The position numbers were made by a program, and so were the translations under genes. This document shows positions 34,201-48,700 of a stretch of 64,000 nt of DNA, in pieces. Under the pieces are notes generated by a model. It ran no database searches and was not told where the DNA came from. It saw only the letters and a program-made list of their open reading frames with translations. The stretch's first letter is position 1; each line of letters opens with the position of its first letter. This DNA comes from Strigamia acuminata (taxonomy: Eukaryota): NCBI GenBank assembly GCA_949358305.1, contig OX442314.1:15066001-15130000 (forward strand). The letters are read 5' to 3'.

Positions 34201-36459
34201 AAAAACATTCCAATAGCTTAAAAACAAAATCGAGTCCCATAAAAACTTTACACCTACACAAATATAAATTTCACGCTTTTTTTTTAAAAAAAAAATCACA
34301 TTTTTCTTTCCCTGCTATTTAATTGCTTAATTGTTGAAAACCTACGGCGCAAATCGTTGATTTCCAGTGTGTGTGTACTTCCCTCGTTAATCAATACGTA
34401 AGCATTTTCCCGCACTTGTCAAGAAGTGGCGTGAGTCACGACTCACCTCCGACCACCCAGCCAAACCGTAGGGTGACAAAAATACCTGCCATCCTCCCCC
34501 CTCATCAGTTCCATTGGCATCAAGTGAAGCAAAACCACAAAGCTCTTAACCTTTCCATCGCCTTTTGACTTCAACAATTCACCATTGCTCAATAACAAAC
34601 CTCCAATAACCAATTCATTCTCCCTTCTTATTTTCCAAACCAAACTTTTAAACAAAAAACTTCAAACAATTCGCTCCATTCCATAAGTTTAAAGTCCACA
34701 ACTCGGTTTTAAGTGCAAACTAAACCACGCAAAAAAAAAAGCAAAAAAAAGTAAAACGTATGACGTAAAAACACTCAAAGCAAATACAAAGGAATCGCAT
34801 GACTGAGCAACAGCAGCCTCTGAGCCATAAAGAAATAAAGAAATAATTCCGAAAACAGGGAGAATGAACTCAAATAAAAACTTTTAACATCACCCTCTGA
34901 ATCCATCAGTCAACCATTTAACGCTCGACTCCCCAACAAAACACAGCTATACTCGCAATCCCCTCTCTCCACGCAACCCTTCTAAATAACCTACAGCTTG
35001 CTTAATATTCCTCCATCGAATGATTAATTAAACCGCATTCCGAACGACCAAAATACCTCCGCAACAAAATAAAAAAGAAAAACTTTGAAAACACACTTTG
35101 CTGGTAATTCATGTCCATCTGCGTCCACTGTCGAATTCCCTCTTGATTCCAAAAGGCGGCGGTCAAAAAACAAGAAGCGGTGCAAATTGAATTTGACCGC
35201 TGGCATGGGAGCAAGAAGAGGAGTACCCAGGGACCCAAAGCCCATTAGGTTCATCGGCCCGGACCGCGATTCTGATGTTTCCCGATGCGCTGGGGTCTGC
35301 TCCCCTCGTTCATCTTTCATGGGAGTTCGTGGGAGAGAGAGAGAAATAGAGAGAGAGGGAAAAAAGAAAAAACACTTCTTTTCCCCCTACCTTCAATTCC
35401 TTCCTTCTTCCCTATTTCCCAACCTTTTCCAGAAGGAGAGAACTAACACTTGAAGTGTCTGCACCTTCAATTGGTGACTTTAAATTTCACCATCATCGTT
35501 CCTCTAGGGACAACAACAACGATGTTGATTTCCAACTGTTTACTTTCAAGCTACTGTTTGGTCACCTAAAATATATCTTTAAAAATGTCATCTGCAATTT
35601 ACAAATCTGTCAGACTTTCGTGTCTCTACAATGAATATAAAAAGCAGAGTAAAGATTCATCGGGTGATCAATATTCTCGAGCATCAGCAGGAACTTGGAC
35701 AGTGCTTGCCAGCAAAGCTCATCTCGTGGTGCCCTCAATGAATGGCAATTTGATAGCAAAGGACCCTTCTTCACCATTTTTTTGTGTGCCACGCACATCT
35801 CGTCTGCATGCGGCCAACTAGTAGCTAATTCTCGTGCACGCTTGCGCCCGCGTGCTGCTACGGCATCTTAACGAAGACCACAAGAATTCTTCTGGCATGC
35901 TGATCTTTCACCGCCTCCCGCCCCCGAACCATTGGTCTTCAGGTATAAACGACTCCAACCCGTCGACCGACCACACATCACAGACACCCATCGCCTCGGA
36001 AACCCGGCAACATCGCCACCCGACACTTAGACTTAAACGCGTGAGTTTCTCATTCTTATTATTCTTTAATATACACCTCGCATATAGATATTTAGAAATT
36101 TATATACACCGGTAATACATTAATAAATTTTAAAAAAATCCTTCAAACAAAAAATAACATGTGAAAAGCCCATTTCAGGTGTAGGAAGATAAGGAATAGT
36201 GAGAGAAAATGGTTGGTAAAGACTAAAGAGTGAGTTCGGATGAGATTGAGTGTATGAGCGAAAGATTGAGCGAGAGAGAGAGAGAGAATGCGAGTTTTAC
36301 AAACCCCTGTGAAGGATGTAGATGATAAAAGGCTGTCACTGACCATGAGTGCGTGAAGGCCGGATTGACGGGAGAATGCGCGTGTGGATGCGGCCCGCCC
36401 GGCAACGAGCACTCGGCCATGCTGGGCGCCACGCTGTGCGGATACGGCAACATGAGCAT
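22223..36459 (-). CDS. trh: bHLH-PAS transcription factor Trachealess (NPAS1/NPAS3 orthologue), 11 coding exons in the proximal isoform
   Basis: Exons (minus): 36459-36305, 32896-32658, 28191-28112, 26423-26334, 25212-25065, 25000-24882, 24803-24610, 24537-24431, 24365-24087, 23807-23665, 23596-22223; phases all compatible. b[94 protein letters not shown]-terminal [14 protein letters not shown]. The first exon has MLPY..FTHSW, as I recall in Drosophila Trh. Confidence 0.95.
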
Positions 36460-36540
36460 GAGGACTGGCTGACGAACGCCGACGAGAGAGAGAGAAGATC
36501 ACGATGGAAGTCCAAAATTTCAGAGACTGGCCGACCACTC

Positions 36541-36546
36541 AACTGA
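36541..36546 (-). promoter_or_regulatory. Possible initiator (TCAGTT) for the proximal trh exon
   Basis: Arthropod Inr consensus TCAGTY, 85 nt upstream of the ATG at 36459, within a GC-rich patch; no correctly spaced DPE seen. Confidence 0.3.
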
Positions 36547-38352
36547 CACTCGATTCTTGGCTGCACACCTCTCGCCAAGAACCATCATGAGGTTGGGCAC
36601 ACGCGGAACCCGACGCAGCTTGCTCGACCAACTGGGTGTCGCGTGTGGCCGCACGAGGTCGCCCTGGCTGCAGGCACCATGTGCTCCAATTAATGGGGCA
36701 ACAGGGAGTTGTGGATGGTACACGAGAGTGGAGGAAAAAAAGAGGAGTGTGAGGGACTGTGAAGAGGAGTTAGACGAGAAAAGGAATCCACCTTATCTGT
36801 TTTACAATGGTGAAATATTGGTTGCCCAATTAGTGTCACAGGGATGGTCAACCTTAACTGATTCAAACCAATTCTTTGACATTCCAAACTCGCCCGTTAA
36901 CAACTTTTATTTTTTATTAATTCTTTTTTTTTCTTTACTTATTAAAAGAAAAAAAGTAATATCGGTCGGCTTATGTGGCTTTGATTAGACACAACCAACG
37001 CCTTTTATTATGATCGACCCTCATTGAATTATAAGGTTTTGAAAAGCACTCATCAATTTTCACACCTCCCCAAACCAGCAACACTAACACAATTAGAGGG
37101 AGGTGATTTGGGCAACCCCGCATCAAAGTCCCCTCCTCACCTAGTTCACCCCCGCACTATATTCGATCAATATATTGGAACGAGGGAGCATGTCTGTGTG
37201 TGTGTATGAGAGAAAGAGAGGGAAAAAATAAGTCAATTACATAACTCCATAATTTACGCCAACATAATCCGTTTAATTTTTGCATAGACTGGAACGGAGG
37301 GCGAAAGAAAACACACGAAACGTACAAGCTTTTTGTTATTCCCACAACTATTTGCAGTGACAGAAATCTATTGCCTCGCCGTCGCGCCATCGCGAGCTCA
37401 TGGCTAAGATCACGCTCGTGCAACCTCGGACGGATTTACGACCGATGCCAAACTGGACTCACGTGCCATTCATGGTAAATAGAAAATGACTCACCTGTAG
37501 AAAAATCGCAATAAAAACTACAGGTGAAAACCTAAACACCTTTTGGGGGCAAAAACGGCCCTCAAATGTCCAAACGAGGACCTCCATCGCGCACAAACCC
37601 CTTCAAGTAGCACCTCAATCATTTAATCTCATCATCTCGTCCACTCGGTGGGTGGCCGAGCTAAGAAACCTCACCCACTTAACTCCCCCTTCATTGTGTT
37701 GAGACCATTTTTTTCGGTATTCGTTTGTTTGTTTATTTATTTCATACCACTGCGGCGCGTGTTTGAAATGTGATCCACTCATTTGTCTCGAAAATCTTGT
37801 CACAAAATGGTGGCCATAAACACAATTAAAGAACAAAAGGAGGACGGGACTCGCCGTCCCCCCTTTCGTGTACATTCGTACATTACACCTGTGCACACCT
37901 TTAATCAGGGCGTTGTCCCGCATGTCAGCTTGAGTCCCACACATTCAAATTACAGCCGATCACAATACACCCCTCTCCATCAAATATCAAGAATAGTGAT
38001 CAAATCCAAATTAAACCCTCGGCTCTCACAACCGACCTAAGCCCTTGAGGTGAGCGACTCGGTGCGGGCATTTTTCCTTATTTTAACCTCTGCATACTGA
38101 CAGCCCAAGGTTTCTCGCTTCTTTCCTTTTCCATAACCTGTAATCTATTTGGCCATATTCTCCCCGTAGGTGGGCGCCTCCCAAATCTCATATTAAATCG
38201 ACCAATATTCCCCCTTCCCTCTCCCACCTGCCTCATGCCCCACATGGAAGCCAATTCGAGCGTTTCTTTAATCAATAACCAAAAAAAATATACAAAATTG
38301 AAAAATATAAAGATAAAAAAAAAAAAAAAATATCTTTCAAAAAATACATATG

Positions 38353-38694
38353 GTTACCATGACAACCATTAACCATCTTCCTCCTCCGTATAAGGTGCGC
38401 AGCTGCAGCCGCCATCTTCGAACCAATCAGAGAATGGCATAAAGAATTCATTACATCAACGTCTTAAACGAGAAGAAGTTAAACAAGAGAGAAAGAAGAA
38501 AAAAAAATGTTAGTGAGAGGACTGACGTCACTCTATCGTTACAGCCCGGTCGTAGGGGCGTGGCAAGCGCGTCTCTAAAATCACCATCTACCTCGCAAAC
38601 GCCGCCCCTCCCCCTCCCGACTCCTGCCTCGAGGAAGACTCCGTCAAGACGTTGTCGTGCGTGCATTGGTCGCGCAAATTCAACTCCACCAATC
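38353..38694. promoter_or_regulatory. Dense regulatory motif cluster upstream of trh (X-box, YY1/PHO, CCAAT, CRE)
   Basis: GTTACCATGACAAC 38353-38366; GCCGCCATCTT 38408-38418; AACCAATCAG 38421-38430; TGACGTCA 38523-38530; further CCAAT boxes near 38665 (-) and 38689 (+). Confidence 0.5.
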
Positions 38695-41600
38695 CGGTTG
38701 GTCTGCGTCCACCCGCCCCTCGGCGATGGAAGATGCAGGACGTCACGTCGGACGACACTGTCAAGACGCTTTCAAAACGCCACCAGGCCACACCCACTCT
38801 GCATACAAAACTCACGCAAATCGAAAAAAAAAAAACAATATACCATTTTCCCGCCTAATCTCAATGATTGACCGATTAAAAACAATCTATTTATTTACGA
38901 CTTTTTTTTTAATCGATAAAAAAAAAATGCTTTCAAGCCGCCCCGTATTCCCACCTGTCTAATCACAATAGAGGCCCTCAAATTAAGCTTCATTAAGCAA
39001 TCAATTTACCACCTCCACATAGATCCAGACAAGTCGGTTTTAAACATTATTGCCACTAACTCCGACTCCCACCTCACCCCATTCCCGTCCTAATCACCTA
39101 GAACTGCTAGAAAGAGCGGAGAGAAGGGGAGTTGAGGAATAGGGGGAGTGGGCAATTGTGCCTGTAGGGACCTCCCCACAACACACTTTTAGTTCTTCTC
39201 TCACCTTCAATTATCAGTTCCTCGACCACCAACGGCATAATACAATCAGCCGGTCCACTTTTTTGTCGTTCATAAATCAAAGAAAGGTGAAAGTTATGCT
39301 CGGAGGAATTTCGGTATAATTGGTTCAAATTATGGGCAGTCATAAAATGAGATATAAAACACCAAACACCAAACACAAAACCCTTTTACGAACGGGGCCA
39401 CATGCGAAATAATATTCTTTGAATTTTTAATCGCAATAAATCAATTCCGTCCTCACACACAACGTCTGACACGAATTTAAAACGAAGGACGAAAAAAAAT
39501 AAACTCCTGAGTCATGCGACACCATAAAACCAACGGCACACTTCCTCTCTGGTACAAATCACGATGAAAAACAGCTTTCTAATTGGATTAATTTCTAGTG
39601 CCACCACTTGTGCCTTCAACGCCCTTTTTTCCCTTTCTTCGCCCGTCTCTTCGCCCACTATAAATCTTTCGAGGACGTGAGTTGCACAAAACTGCGAGAG
39701 GGATACTCGACCATTTAAGCAAATCAACTCCCCCGATTTAAAAAGGTCCTCCTACACTCGAATCACGTGTCGACCACCATTTTCTGCAGGTAATGGACAG
39801 ATTTATTGGAACAACTTCCTCCTCTCAATTACGCATTTTAACAACGCACTTCCTGTCCATCAACCAACCCTCCAAAACCTATGCAACTTAAAAAGTCTCT
39901 TCCAAATTCTCTCCAACCTCGCCCGAAAAAGGATGGAGGGGGAAAGAAGAGGGAAGGGAAGAAAGCAGAATGTGCAGAAGCTGCAGAATAGCAACGCATC
40001 AACGCACCAGAAAAACGGCTATGCCGCATTACTCCTAAGGCACGAAGTCGACATACCCTTTATAGAATCAAGAGGGGAAAAGAAAAGAGATGTGGAAAGG
40101 GAAAAAAGGAATGGACATCCAAGTGGAAATTGATAAGCTCCTATACTCAATTATTTATATCCTATTGTGCAATGACCAGCTCAAAATCGCCACACGGGGT
40201 GCTGTGTATCGAGAGAAAAGCGGAAGTAATGCGTCAAATACACCAATGGGCATTTAAAATGCTCGGCCTATAGGTGGCTTCAATTGACTTCAATTCAGGA
40301 TGTTTTGAAAAAAGTGCCAGACGCGCGAATTATTGCTTTCCTGTGCATGTGACAGACGTGCCCAGCGACTAACCGATGTGTGCCTGACTCATCAACATCA
40401 CTCATCTTGTTCTTCATTTATTCTCGTCTTTGACCATCAACATGATGGATGAATGGATTTAAGCCAGCTCCGCCACCATCATCGATGACACACGACAACC
40501 CCTTGCTACAAAATACACGTTCCAGACTCCACATTTTAAAAAAATTGATGAAAAAGTCTCTGTTGTGTATCATTTTACAGCTTAATTTAATATCCAATAT
40601 CTTTTATGTCTTATTAATCATACTTTACTCTCAAAACGGAACATTTTTTCCCCAGCAGCGCAAGTCTAGACACGGTCATGTGGTTTGACAAATGTTTTTT
40701 TCATTGAGCACTTCTTACACAATGCAATAAAAAAAAATTTCAAACCGTTTTTGTCTAGTTTAGTTTAACACCGAATTAAATGACCCCAATTCCTAAACAA
40801 CAGAGAAATATTCCACGTGACACTGAAGAGAGCGTGCGTGGGCGGCTCAAAAACGCGTGATGGATTCATTTCAGAACAATCAACTGCTGAGCCCCGTCTC
40901 CATACCTCAAATGGATAGAGCGTTATACAAGACCCGGTGACCCTCAACCCAAGCCAGCACACAGGAGAGGGGGAAAGGGAAAGCCAGAGAAAGCTCCATC
41001 TCACTCCCTCGCAACTTACAAACCCCAAACTCAATCCCTGCACTCTATCGGTGGACACATCATCTAGCAAAGTCATCATCTTATGATGAACTACAACTTG
41101 CAAACGACATATGACAGGGATAAATACCACGGGGAGAGAAAAACGGGAGGGATTTCTGATGAATGAACTAACGCCAAGCAGAACAAAAAGAGTCTTACCG
41201 TTCCCACCACCACCACCACCACCACCACCAAACTCAATTTCTGATGTTTACTTTCAATTTGCTCATTTGTAAATCCACTCATTCACTCATTTTGAAATAA
41301 CTTCTATAACTCTCTACACCATGTACTTTAATTTACTACAAAATTATAAGAGTAGAGTTTTTTAACGTGCGAGATGACCGTAAAAAAAAATTATTGCCAG
41401 GTAAATTCACACCTTGAACGTGATCCTACGTTTTATCGAATGAAACAACGTCCACTCCTCAATGCTTGTAATTTTCTTGACGTTAATGAAGAAGTGGTTA
41501 ATTCATCTCAAACATACGCCGTAATCACCAAATATACTACAGTATTAAGCTTATATACGACCGTTTCTTTATAATCTGTCACACCCACTCGGCTCGTAAA

Positions 41601-44600
41601 GAAAGGGATTGTCCACTTGCCCATTTCCGGACACATCACAGTTGCCAACCGATTAGGCCCTCGGCACCCCTTCCATAAGAGCATAACCCTACACTATGAG
41701 AGGGGTGATAAAGGACTGTGTGCACGCAATACGAGTTGCACTTATTAAGGTTATGTCACTAATAAATACTCATATTCACTTGAGATCATTTCCTAAATGT
41801 ATACATCACGTTATATCAGAAAAATGCACTTGCCAACGACAATTTTTTTGCCTTTCCTTCCCTTCCCCTCTCATTCGATAATAAACTTTTTTTTTCCATT
41901 CCTCGATACAGGAAAATTAAAGTCGCAGCAGCGCAATTTCCACTTTTTAAGTGGGTGCTGACACAGCAACTGCACTGGTCACATCATTAGGAGTGGGTGG
42001 AGAGGAGGAGGAGGAGGAGGATGGCACAAACGAACCCAACTCATGCGGAAAAATGTTATTACACCCGAATCAGCGGGAGACTGCACATCTCACCCTCCCA
42101 TCTTCTTTCTCCGGGTCAAATCAAAGCCAATTACGCTTCATTTTCAGTCTGCGTCCACCACAGTCCACTACAAAAACATTTGTCCACTACACACCTCAAC
42201 CTCAATCAACTGCCCTATTTATAATTTCGACTCTTTTCACTGAAAAAAGACCAATTACTTTTTTCTCGACCACAAAGGCCAAAGAGAAAATTACAATACA
42301 GTAGTGGCAGCAGCAGCGGCTCGAGATGAGTACTGGTCACTCCAGGAAACTCGAGAAAACCTTCCCAATCAGTCTGAAAACGTGAACTGACTTAAAGATA
42401 CAGACTAACTCAAACTGACCATCGGGGTAAGTTTTTCATTTCCCTCCACTCTTAATCAATACGGTCAACTGCATCGTCATATATAATCATTATCTGCATC
42501 TAAAAATCAAAATTTACATATTTAAAGACGGGACTAACTTCCCAGAAGAATTTACATAAGAAATAACAGACTTGCACGCTTGAATAGCTTGCAAATGAAT
42601 GATAAATACAGTACGCCACACAAAACTACAAAATTTCTTCCTTTTTTTTAAATCGATTGAAAACAGTGACTCAATTTAAGCTGACCATACACACAAAGAA
42701 AAAAGAGAAAAAATTACACCTGACTGCAGCACTAAAATCCCATTTCCCCATTTTTTCCCCCTTAAAAAATCTGCAGTGTAAAAAGGTTTAAATCCCATCT
42801 TATACCATTTGCAGAAATCAAATACAAGCTTCAAAACAGACGCCATACGTATGAATAAATAGCATAAAACGATTCTTCCGCTTCAACGGCATTTCACGAA
42901 TCGCCCTTTCTTCCCACCCGTCCATCTTCCATATCTCCATACCCTCACCACCCTTTCATTTTTTATATTTTACAAAACGAATATCACCAGTCCATACTAA
43001 CTCTCCTTTAAACCAAACACAACAAACTCCAAAATCGCTCGCGTGATTCCCGAACGATTTCTTTAAACACGTGAATAAAATTCACACAAAACAAATTACT
43101 CCAACAAGCACAACGACCTGTTTTGGGCGGGACGCGCACCTTTCATGGCAACGACCAACATTTTATCCGCCTGTTTGACCATCAGCACCCCATTTTCCTA
43201 AGCCGTTCAACGCCCCATCTTCCATGACTCGTCGTCCATCGCATTCTCCTCCCTCCCTCTTTCCAAAACCGAAGACGAGCTCTCAAAATCCCTCCTAGTT
43301 TACAATTGACCACATAAAATTTTTTTACATCCTCAAATATGAACTTCTACCCTTAAGTCCACTGGTCAATCTGTGTCTATCACAGTTCATCCACCCGTTT
43401 GTCCATTTGCCATTTCTGCACCCCTCCATTTCCCCCTTCCCCTTTTCGCATAATACGGATCTCTATCATTCAAAAAAGAGGAGAAAAAATACTCTCATGA
43501 ATTGTAAAATGTCTCCGGGAAAAGGAGAAATGTTCGGGGGGAGGCACGAGATTTATGAGCCGCGGGTTTCGCCTGCAGAGGATGAGATCCAACAGCGTTT
43601 ATGAGCCGCAGTCGGGGAGTGCAATAAGTTGGCAGCACCGCGACACACACGCACAACACACGTGTTTCCACCGGGTCTCAATATTGGCACCAAGGGCTGC
43701 AGCTGGAGCCGCCTCCCTCGTAAGCTCTAGGGATTTCCCCCGGCCGGAATTTATCACGTGATTGACAAGTGGCGCCCAAAACTCCCTCCCCGCTCCTCAC
43801 TGCGCATTTACATGCCTCAATATACTCAAAGTGGCGACTTTTTCCCCCTTCCTCCACAAAACAAAAGCAAAAAAAGAACAAGCAAAGAAAACTATCAGCG
43901 CATGTGTGTGGGGGCGCGTGAAAACATTTGTAAGGTGACAGATCTTTACCAATTTCCGGCACGGGGTGCCTTGACCTCTCACTGAGAGAAAGCGCCCATC
44001 CAATTTGGTGGCTCTTGCTCGTGATAACCGCCTAGGGGGTTCGCCTGATGGCATCCGACGATTAATTTGGCCGATAGAGGCCAGTGCCAACTCATTAGCA
44101 GCTCCTCTAATGCCCCACGCACCTCGGCAAGGACGAAAAAACAAAAAAAGCCTAAAATATTTCACTCGTTCGCCGTTGCCAGCCCCACTTTGCCCCCGAT
44201 TCTTTATATACAATCTTGAGTTACAATGTGCTAATGCGGTCATCTCATCTCAATTGATTGCACCTTGTTGTTCCTTCCTTCTGTTTTTTCTTTATCACTA
44301 CAGGAACAATAGACCCTTAGAGGCGTCGAGTTAAGTGCCCTTGGTCATAAAAGATATCGTCACATGACAGGAGGGTTGGCGTTATAACCTTTGACGCATC
44401 GACCAGAGATCACGCGGGTCATCTTTACCTGCAACTCCAATCAATGGCACCGCTAATGGAAACTCCTATGAATCAATCACGAAAGACTTGACCCGAGACC
44501 GAAATATCCTTTATTTTCATTTCCATCCATTTATTTATTTATTAATTTATTTCCTTTCAAACTTTTATGTCCGAGAGTTTACGAGCACGGGAGCGAAGGG

Positions 44601-45674
44601 AGGGAGGGCGACGCGGGTAACCAAGTGTGAATTAGGTGTTAATGAGAACGTCACCCCGCCAATGGCGACATCAAAGCCAATCAGGTAAACATTGTGACAA
44701 GCCTTTCCAAGCCGAGAAACAGAACCAAGCCTCACACACAATCAAAACCCAGGACCAGTTTTAAGACGCCTCGGCCTGTAAACACAACAAGGGGGTTCCT
44801 CACGTCTTAAATCAACAACACAAGAAAAATACTCCCGTAAATCCTTTCCCATAGTCCTTTCCCGGTCGGCCAATTTAAAAACTGCGCTACCGATATTCAA
44901 ACTCACCTACGATACGATCAGTTGCACCTCCACCGCCGAATCGCGTCGCGCCGAGTCCGACCCCATCCGACATTCCATCTCGTCTCGACGTCGCTGCAAC
45001 GGCACTTTGTAGCCACCGATTTATAACTCATCCCATTGACCTTATCGCCCTCTGTCCACTTCTGGTGCCCGACGGTTACACAGAAAAGCCGTCGACTGGC
45101 GACTCGGGAAGCACCTACGAGCGAAAAAAAGCGCCGCGTGCATCACAACCGTCCCGCCATTGGCCGAGCTGCGAACAACAGACCAAGCCCCTGGTAATGA
45201 GTTGGACTTCACCCGACACCCCTTCCGACCCTTTATACCTTGCACAACAAGGGACCTTGTCCGCAATGATGGACAAGAGATGACCATTGGTCAGTGGTCA
45301 CTCTCCTCATCAGATGTGAAGGAACCCTGGCGTTTCCTCCCACGCTGCAACCCCTGTGTCCGGCGACCTCTCGAACCGATTGACCACACACTGCGACGCT
45401 GTTGACCATCATCAATTCAAACCAATTTAAAACCCCAAACACTTCCTTTTACCCGATTGCTATCTTTGAACAAGACTCGAGTCCAATGCAATCTCCATAA
45501 TCGACTTCAATAATTTCCAACATCAGGTCCCTCGCAAAACTCCACGTGGAGTTCAACGGGGTGAAAATGCTTACTAGTAGTACCCACCCCCCTTTCTCTG
45601 GTCGCTCCCAATTTGCATACGAATACAGTCGGCCACCAGTTGTTGCTCGGCCAGACAGGTTTGTCAATAATAAA

Positions 45675-45722
45675 AGAGAGAGAGAGAGAGTAAGAGAGTA
45701 AGAGTAAGAGAGAGAGAGAGAG
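45675..45722. repeat. (GA)n microsatellite / GAGA tract
   Basis: Interrupted agagag run; similar tracts at ~35333-35357, 36270-36287, 36484-36495 and (CT)n at 46000-46016. Confidence 0.8.
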
Positions 45723-48700
45723 GAAGGAAGCCGAGAGACCTGCAGGAGGAAAGGGAGAGGAAAGGAACTCCCTCTCTCCCCACACGGCTCCGCAACGAGC
45801 CCAAAGGGTGACGACAACACAACCGGCCGCCAGTTATGCACCTAGGCGGGCCCGACGCAGTTCTCGCTTGCCATTACAACCTCCTCCCATGGTCATTGTA
45901 CCCGGTTCAATTAAAACGCTTGTGTTGGGTCGAAGGAGAAAGAAAAACAAACGGAGCCTTTAGCACCAACACAAGTAGCAAACCCGAACGCGCGAGACAC
46001 TCTCTCTCTCTCTCTCCCTCCCTACCTGGCCGCCTAACCCCGGCTTACACTTTTTTCCATGCCCGTTTCACAAATTGCAAACGCACCCCCACACATTCTG
46101 GCCCGTGTGACATTGATGGAGTGAAGTGCGACCTGTCCCTCGCGGCCATGATGGTTTCTTTTTACTCTCCGCTATTCACACCGTCCGTTATTGCGAGCAA
46201 TTGTCCGCTACGAAACGATATAAGGAACAAGAAAGGAGGGTTCCACCAGCATCGCGTAACCTATTATCAATCACGTGTTGCTCTCACAGATGCCCGGGAA
46301 AAACGGGGTGAGAGGATTTTTCAAAAGGGGATTCAAAGGGGTGGGAGGATAAGGACTGCTGAATACCACACCGAGCACAAACGACTATAAAGATGCACCA
46401 ATTCTGTGTCGCTTGCAACCCAGCAATTCAAGGCGAAGCGCTCTCACTCAACAAAAATAACACCAACGCAAAAAATAAATCCAAAACACGAAATTATAAG
46501 TTTCATTTTCCTTCAAAATTTTCTTTTCGGTTCCTCAATTTTCTCATTTCGTAAAAACCAAAAAATAAAATAAAATAAAATTTAAAAAATATATTATCAA
46601 CTATTCTCAATCTCATCTAAAAAGTCAATACAAGCGAGGGGGGGAAAAACCCAAAATGGTTGATCCAAACGATCCATGTTAATTACAATAATAAGAATAA
46701 AAAATAAAGCGAGAGGGAAGCGAAGAACGGGGGGTCGGGGTTGGGCAAAAGGAATCATTTCCAATCAAGACCTCGGGACATGGGAAAAGGGAGGAAGGTT
46801 TATCAAGCCACATTGCTGCCTACACTGCCTTACTGTCTTTAATTTCGATGTATTCTGCAAGGGGGCTAATCTACTCATAACGGAGAAGGGCAGAGGGGAG
46901 TAGGCGAATACTAATGTCGCGAGCACGAGGGCGCGCGGGGCAATTTCACTTGGCGACCCTTATGCAATCCACCACCCCTACCCCCACCTCAGATTTCGCC
47001 ACGAACGCAATTAATTACTCACGCGCGCACAGTTGGAACTTTCTCATAAATCACCACACACACCCTCTCTCGCTCGTTCAGCCACAACCCTTTGAACACT
47101 CAATTCAATACCGTATATACAACACACTTTGAAACAATACGCACAACATTTAAAAAAAAAAAAACACCAAACGACACAACACCAAACACGACACACAAAG
47201 GCACAAAATATGAACCAACAAACACAATTCAGTTTTCAAAAGAAATAAAAACGATCAAGTATCAGTATGCGCGCTCGGCAGCGCGTCTCACTCGCCTTTA
47301 TTCATTCCGCAGGGAGTCTTAATTTTTATGCTCAGGGGCGGGTATAAACTCGTGACTTTTTCGCATTTTTTAATCGTCTTTTCCCCTATTTGGGCGAGTT
47401 GTAAAAATTTCAAAGAACCTGCGCCTTGCCACTTGCGATGCGCTCTATTCATTTCTAATTGATGCAAATTGAAAGGGTTTAAGCGGCACGAGAAGGGAAG
47501 GGAAGAAATAGAAAGAGGTGAATAGTCTAGTATGACATCTCAGCTTAACTCCTTATCTACAAGTTTAATATTTTCTTTATTTTTATTTCTTTCTCTCTTT
47601 TAATGGCCCTCGAATTGAGGTGGAGCACATTTCAATGATGAAGACGTTGCCTTCAGATAAAAAGGACACTTTTCTCACTCTACGCGTCTGGAATCGACAA
47701 TAGCTATGTCATTTCTCACTCTAAGCTTCATCAGAAACTTCTGCACAGATCGATATTTGTATATTTTAAAAAGAGCATGACTTCATTGCTAGAAAATTAT
47801 ACTTATTTGATATTAGTGAAACAAACCTCATTCCCGTGTTGTAAACTAATTATTCATCTCGCGAGAACCCGATGATACTAATTAATAGCGTTTTGCCAGA
47901 CGACAAATTTTCTTGGCGTTATCGTCGCTTCATTTCGAATTAATTAACATAAATAAATTAGCACCAGCTGATACCCTACTGCGATAATGATAATTATGAT
48001 CGCTCAACGTCACCTCGCTGAAGACTGTGCACAAGCAAATTAACCCTAATCACCAATCAAAACCATGGAAAAATAAATTCCACAGCAATGGACAATCATT
48101 TCTTTTCTTCAGCTGATCAATCCAAAATCAAGCATTTTATTTAAATAACTTAATAAACCTAAATGACTTCATAGTCTCTTCGCCTCTTTAATCAACATAA
48201 AGGGTTAAAAAGTTCAAAGTCAAACCTCATTGCGAGTGCACCCTCTTTACCCCTTCTCCCATCAAATTTACCCAAGTCACGTGTCACAACCCTATCCTCA
48301 CTCCCACATTCCACGCGGCAATTAATAAAGTGGCCCATTGGGCGCCATCTGCTGCTAATTAGGCCAAGAGTCCACTATATTGAGTGCCAAGCAACTCAAT
48401 TAACTAATCGCTCAAACTTCCTCTGCTCATTTGAACAACAACAACTCTTCACAAAGTGTTTAAACACAAAAAGGCATCAATGTAATCGCCCTTTAATGGG
48501 CTACACTCAACTCAAAACTTGACTTCTTTGTTATTATGAGAAATCAGTGGGAGAACGCTTAATGACAGCCTAGAGTGAGAAAATTGCCTTTTAAAAAATT
48601 TCATTTAAAATAACGACTGGTAATTTGTGTTGCATCCAATTTGCTTTCCCCTTATTCACTGCTCCGACAACCCATTTTAAAACTTACACTTGTAACTTTA

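Noticed and set aside
44901..44975. Minus-strand GTGAGT donor after a GC-rich segment, as another trh first exon
   Set aside because: The frame needed to join the bHLH exon contains a stop; it could only be non-coding.
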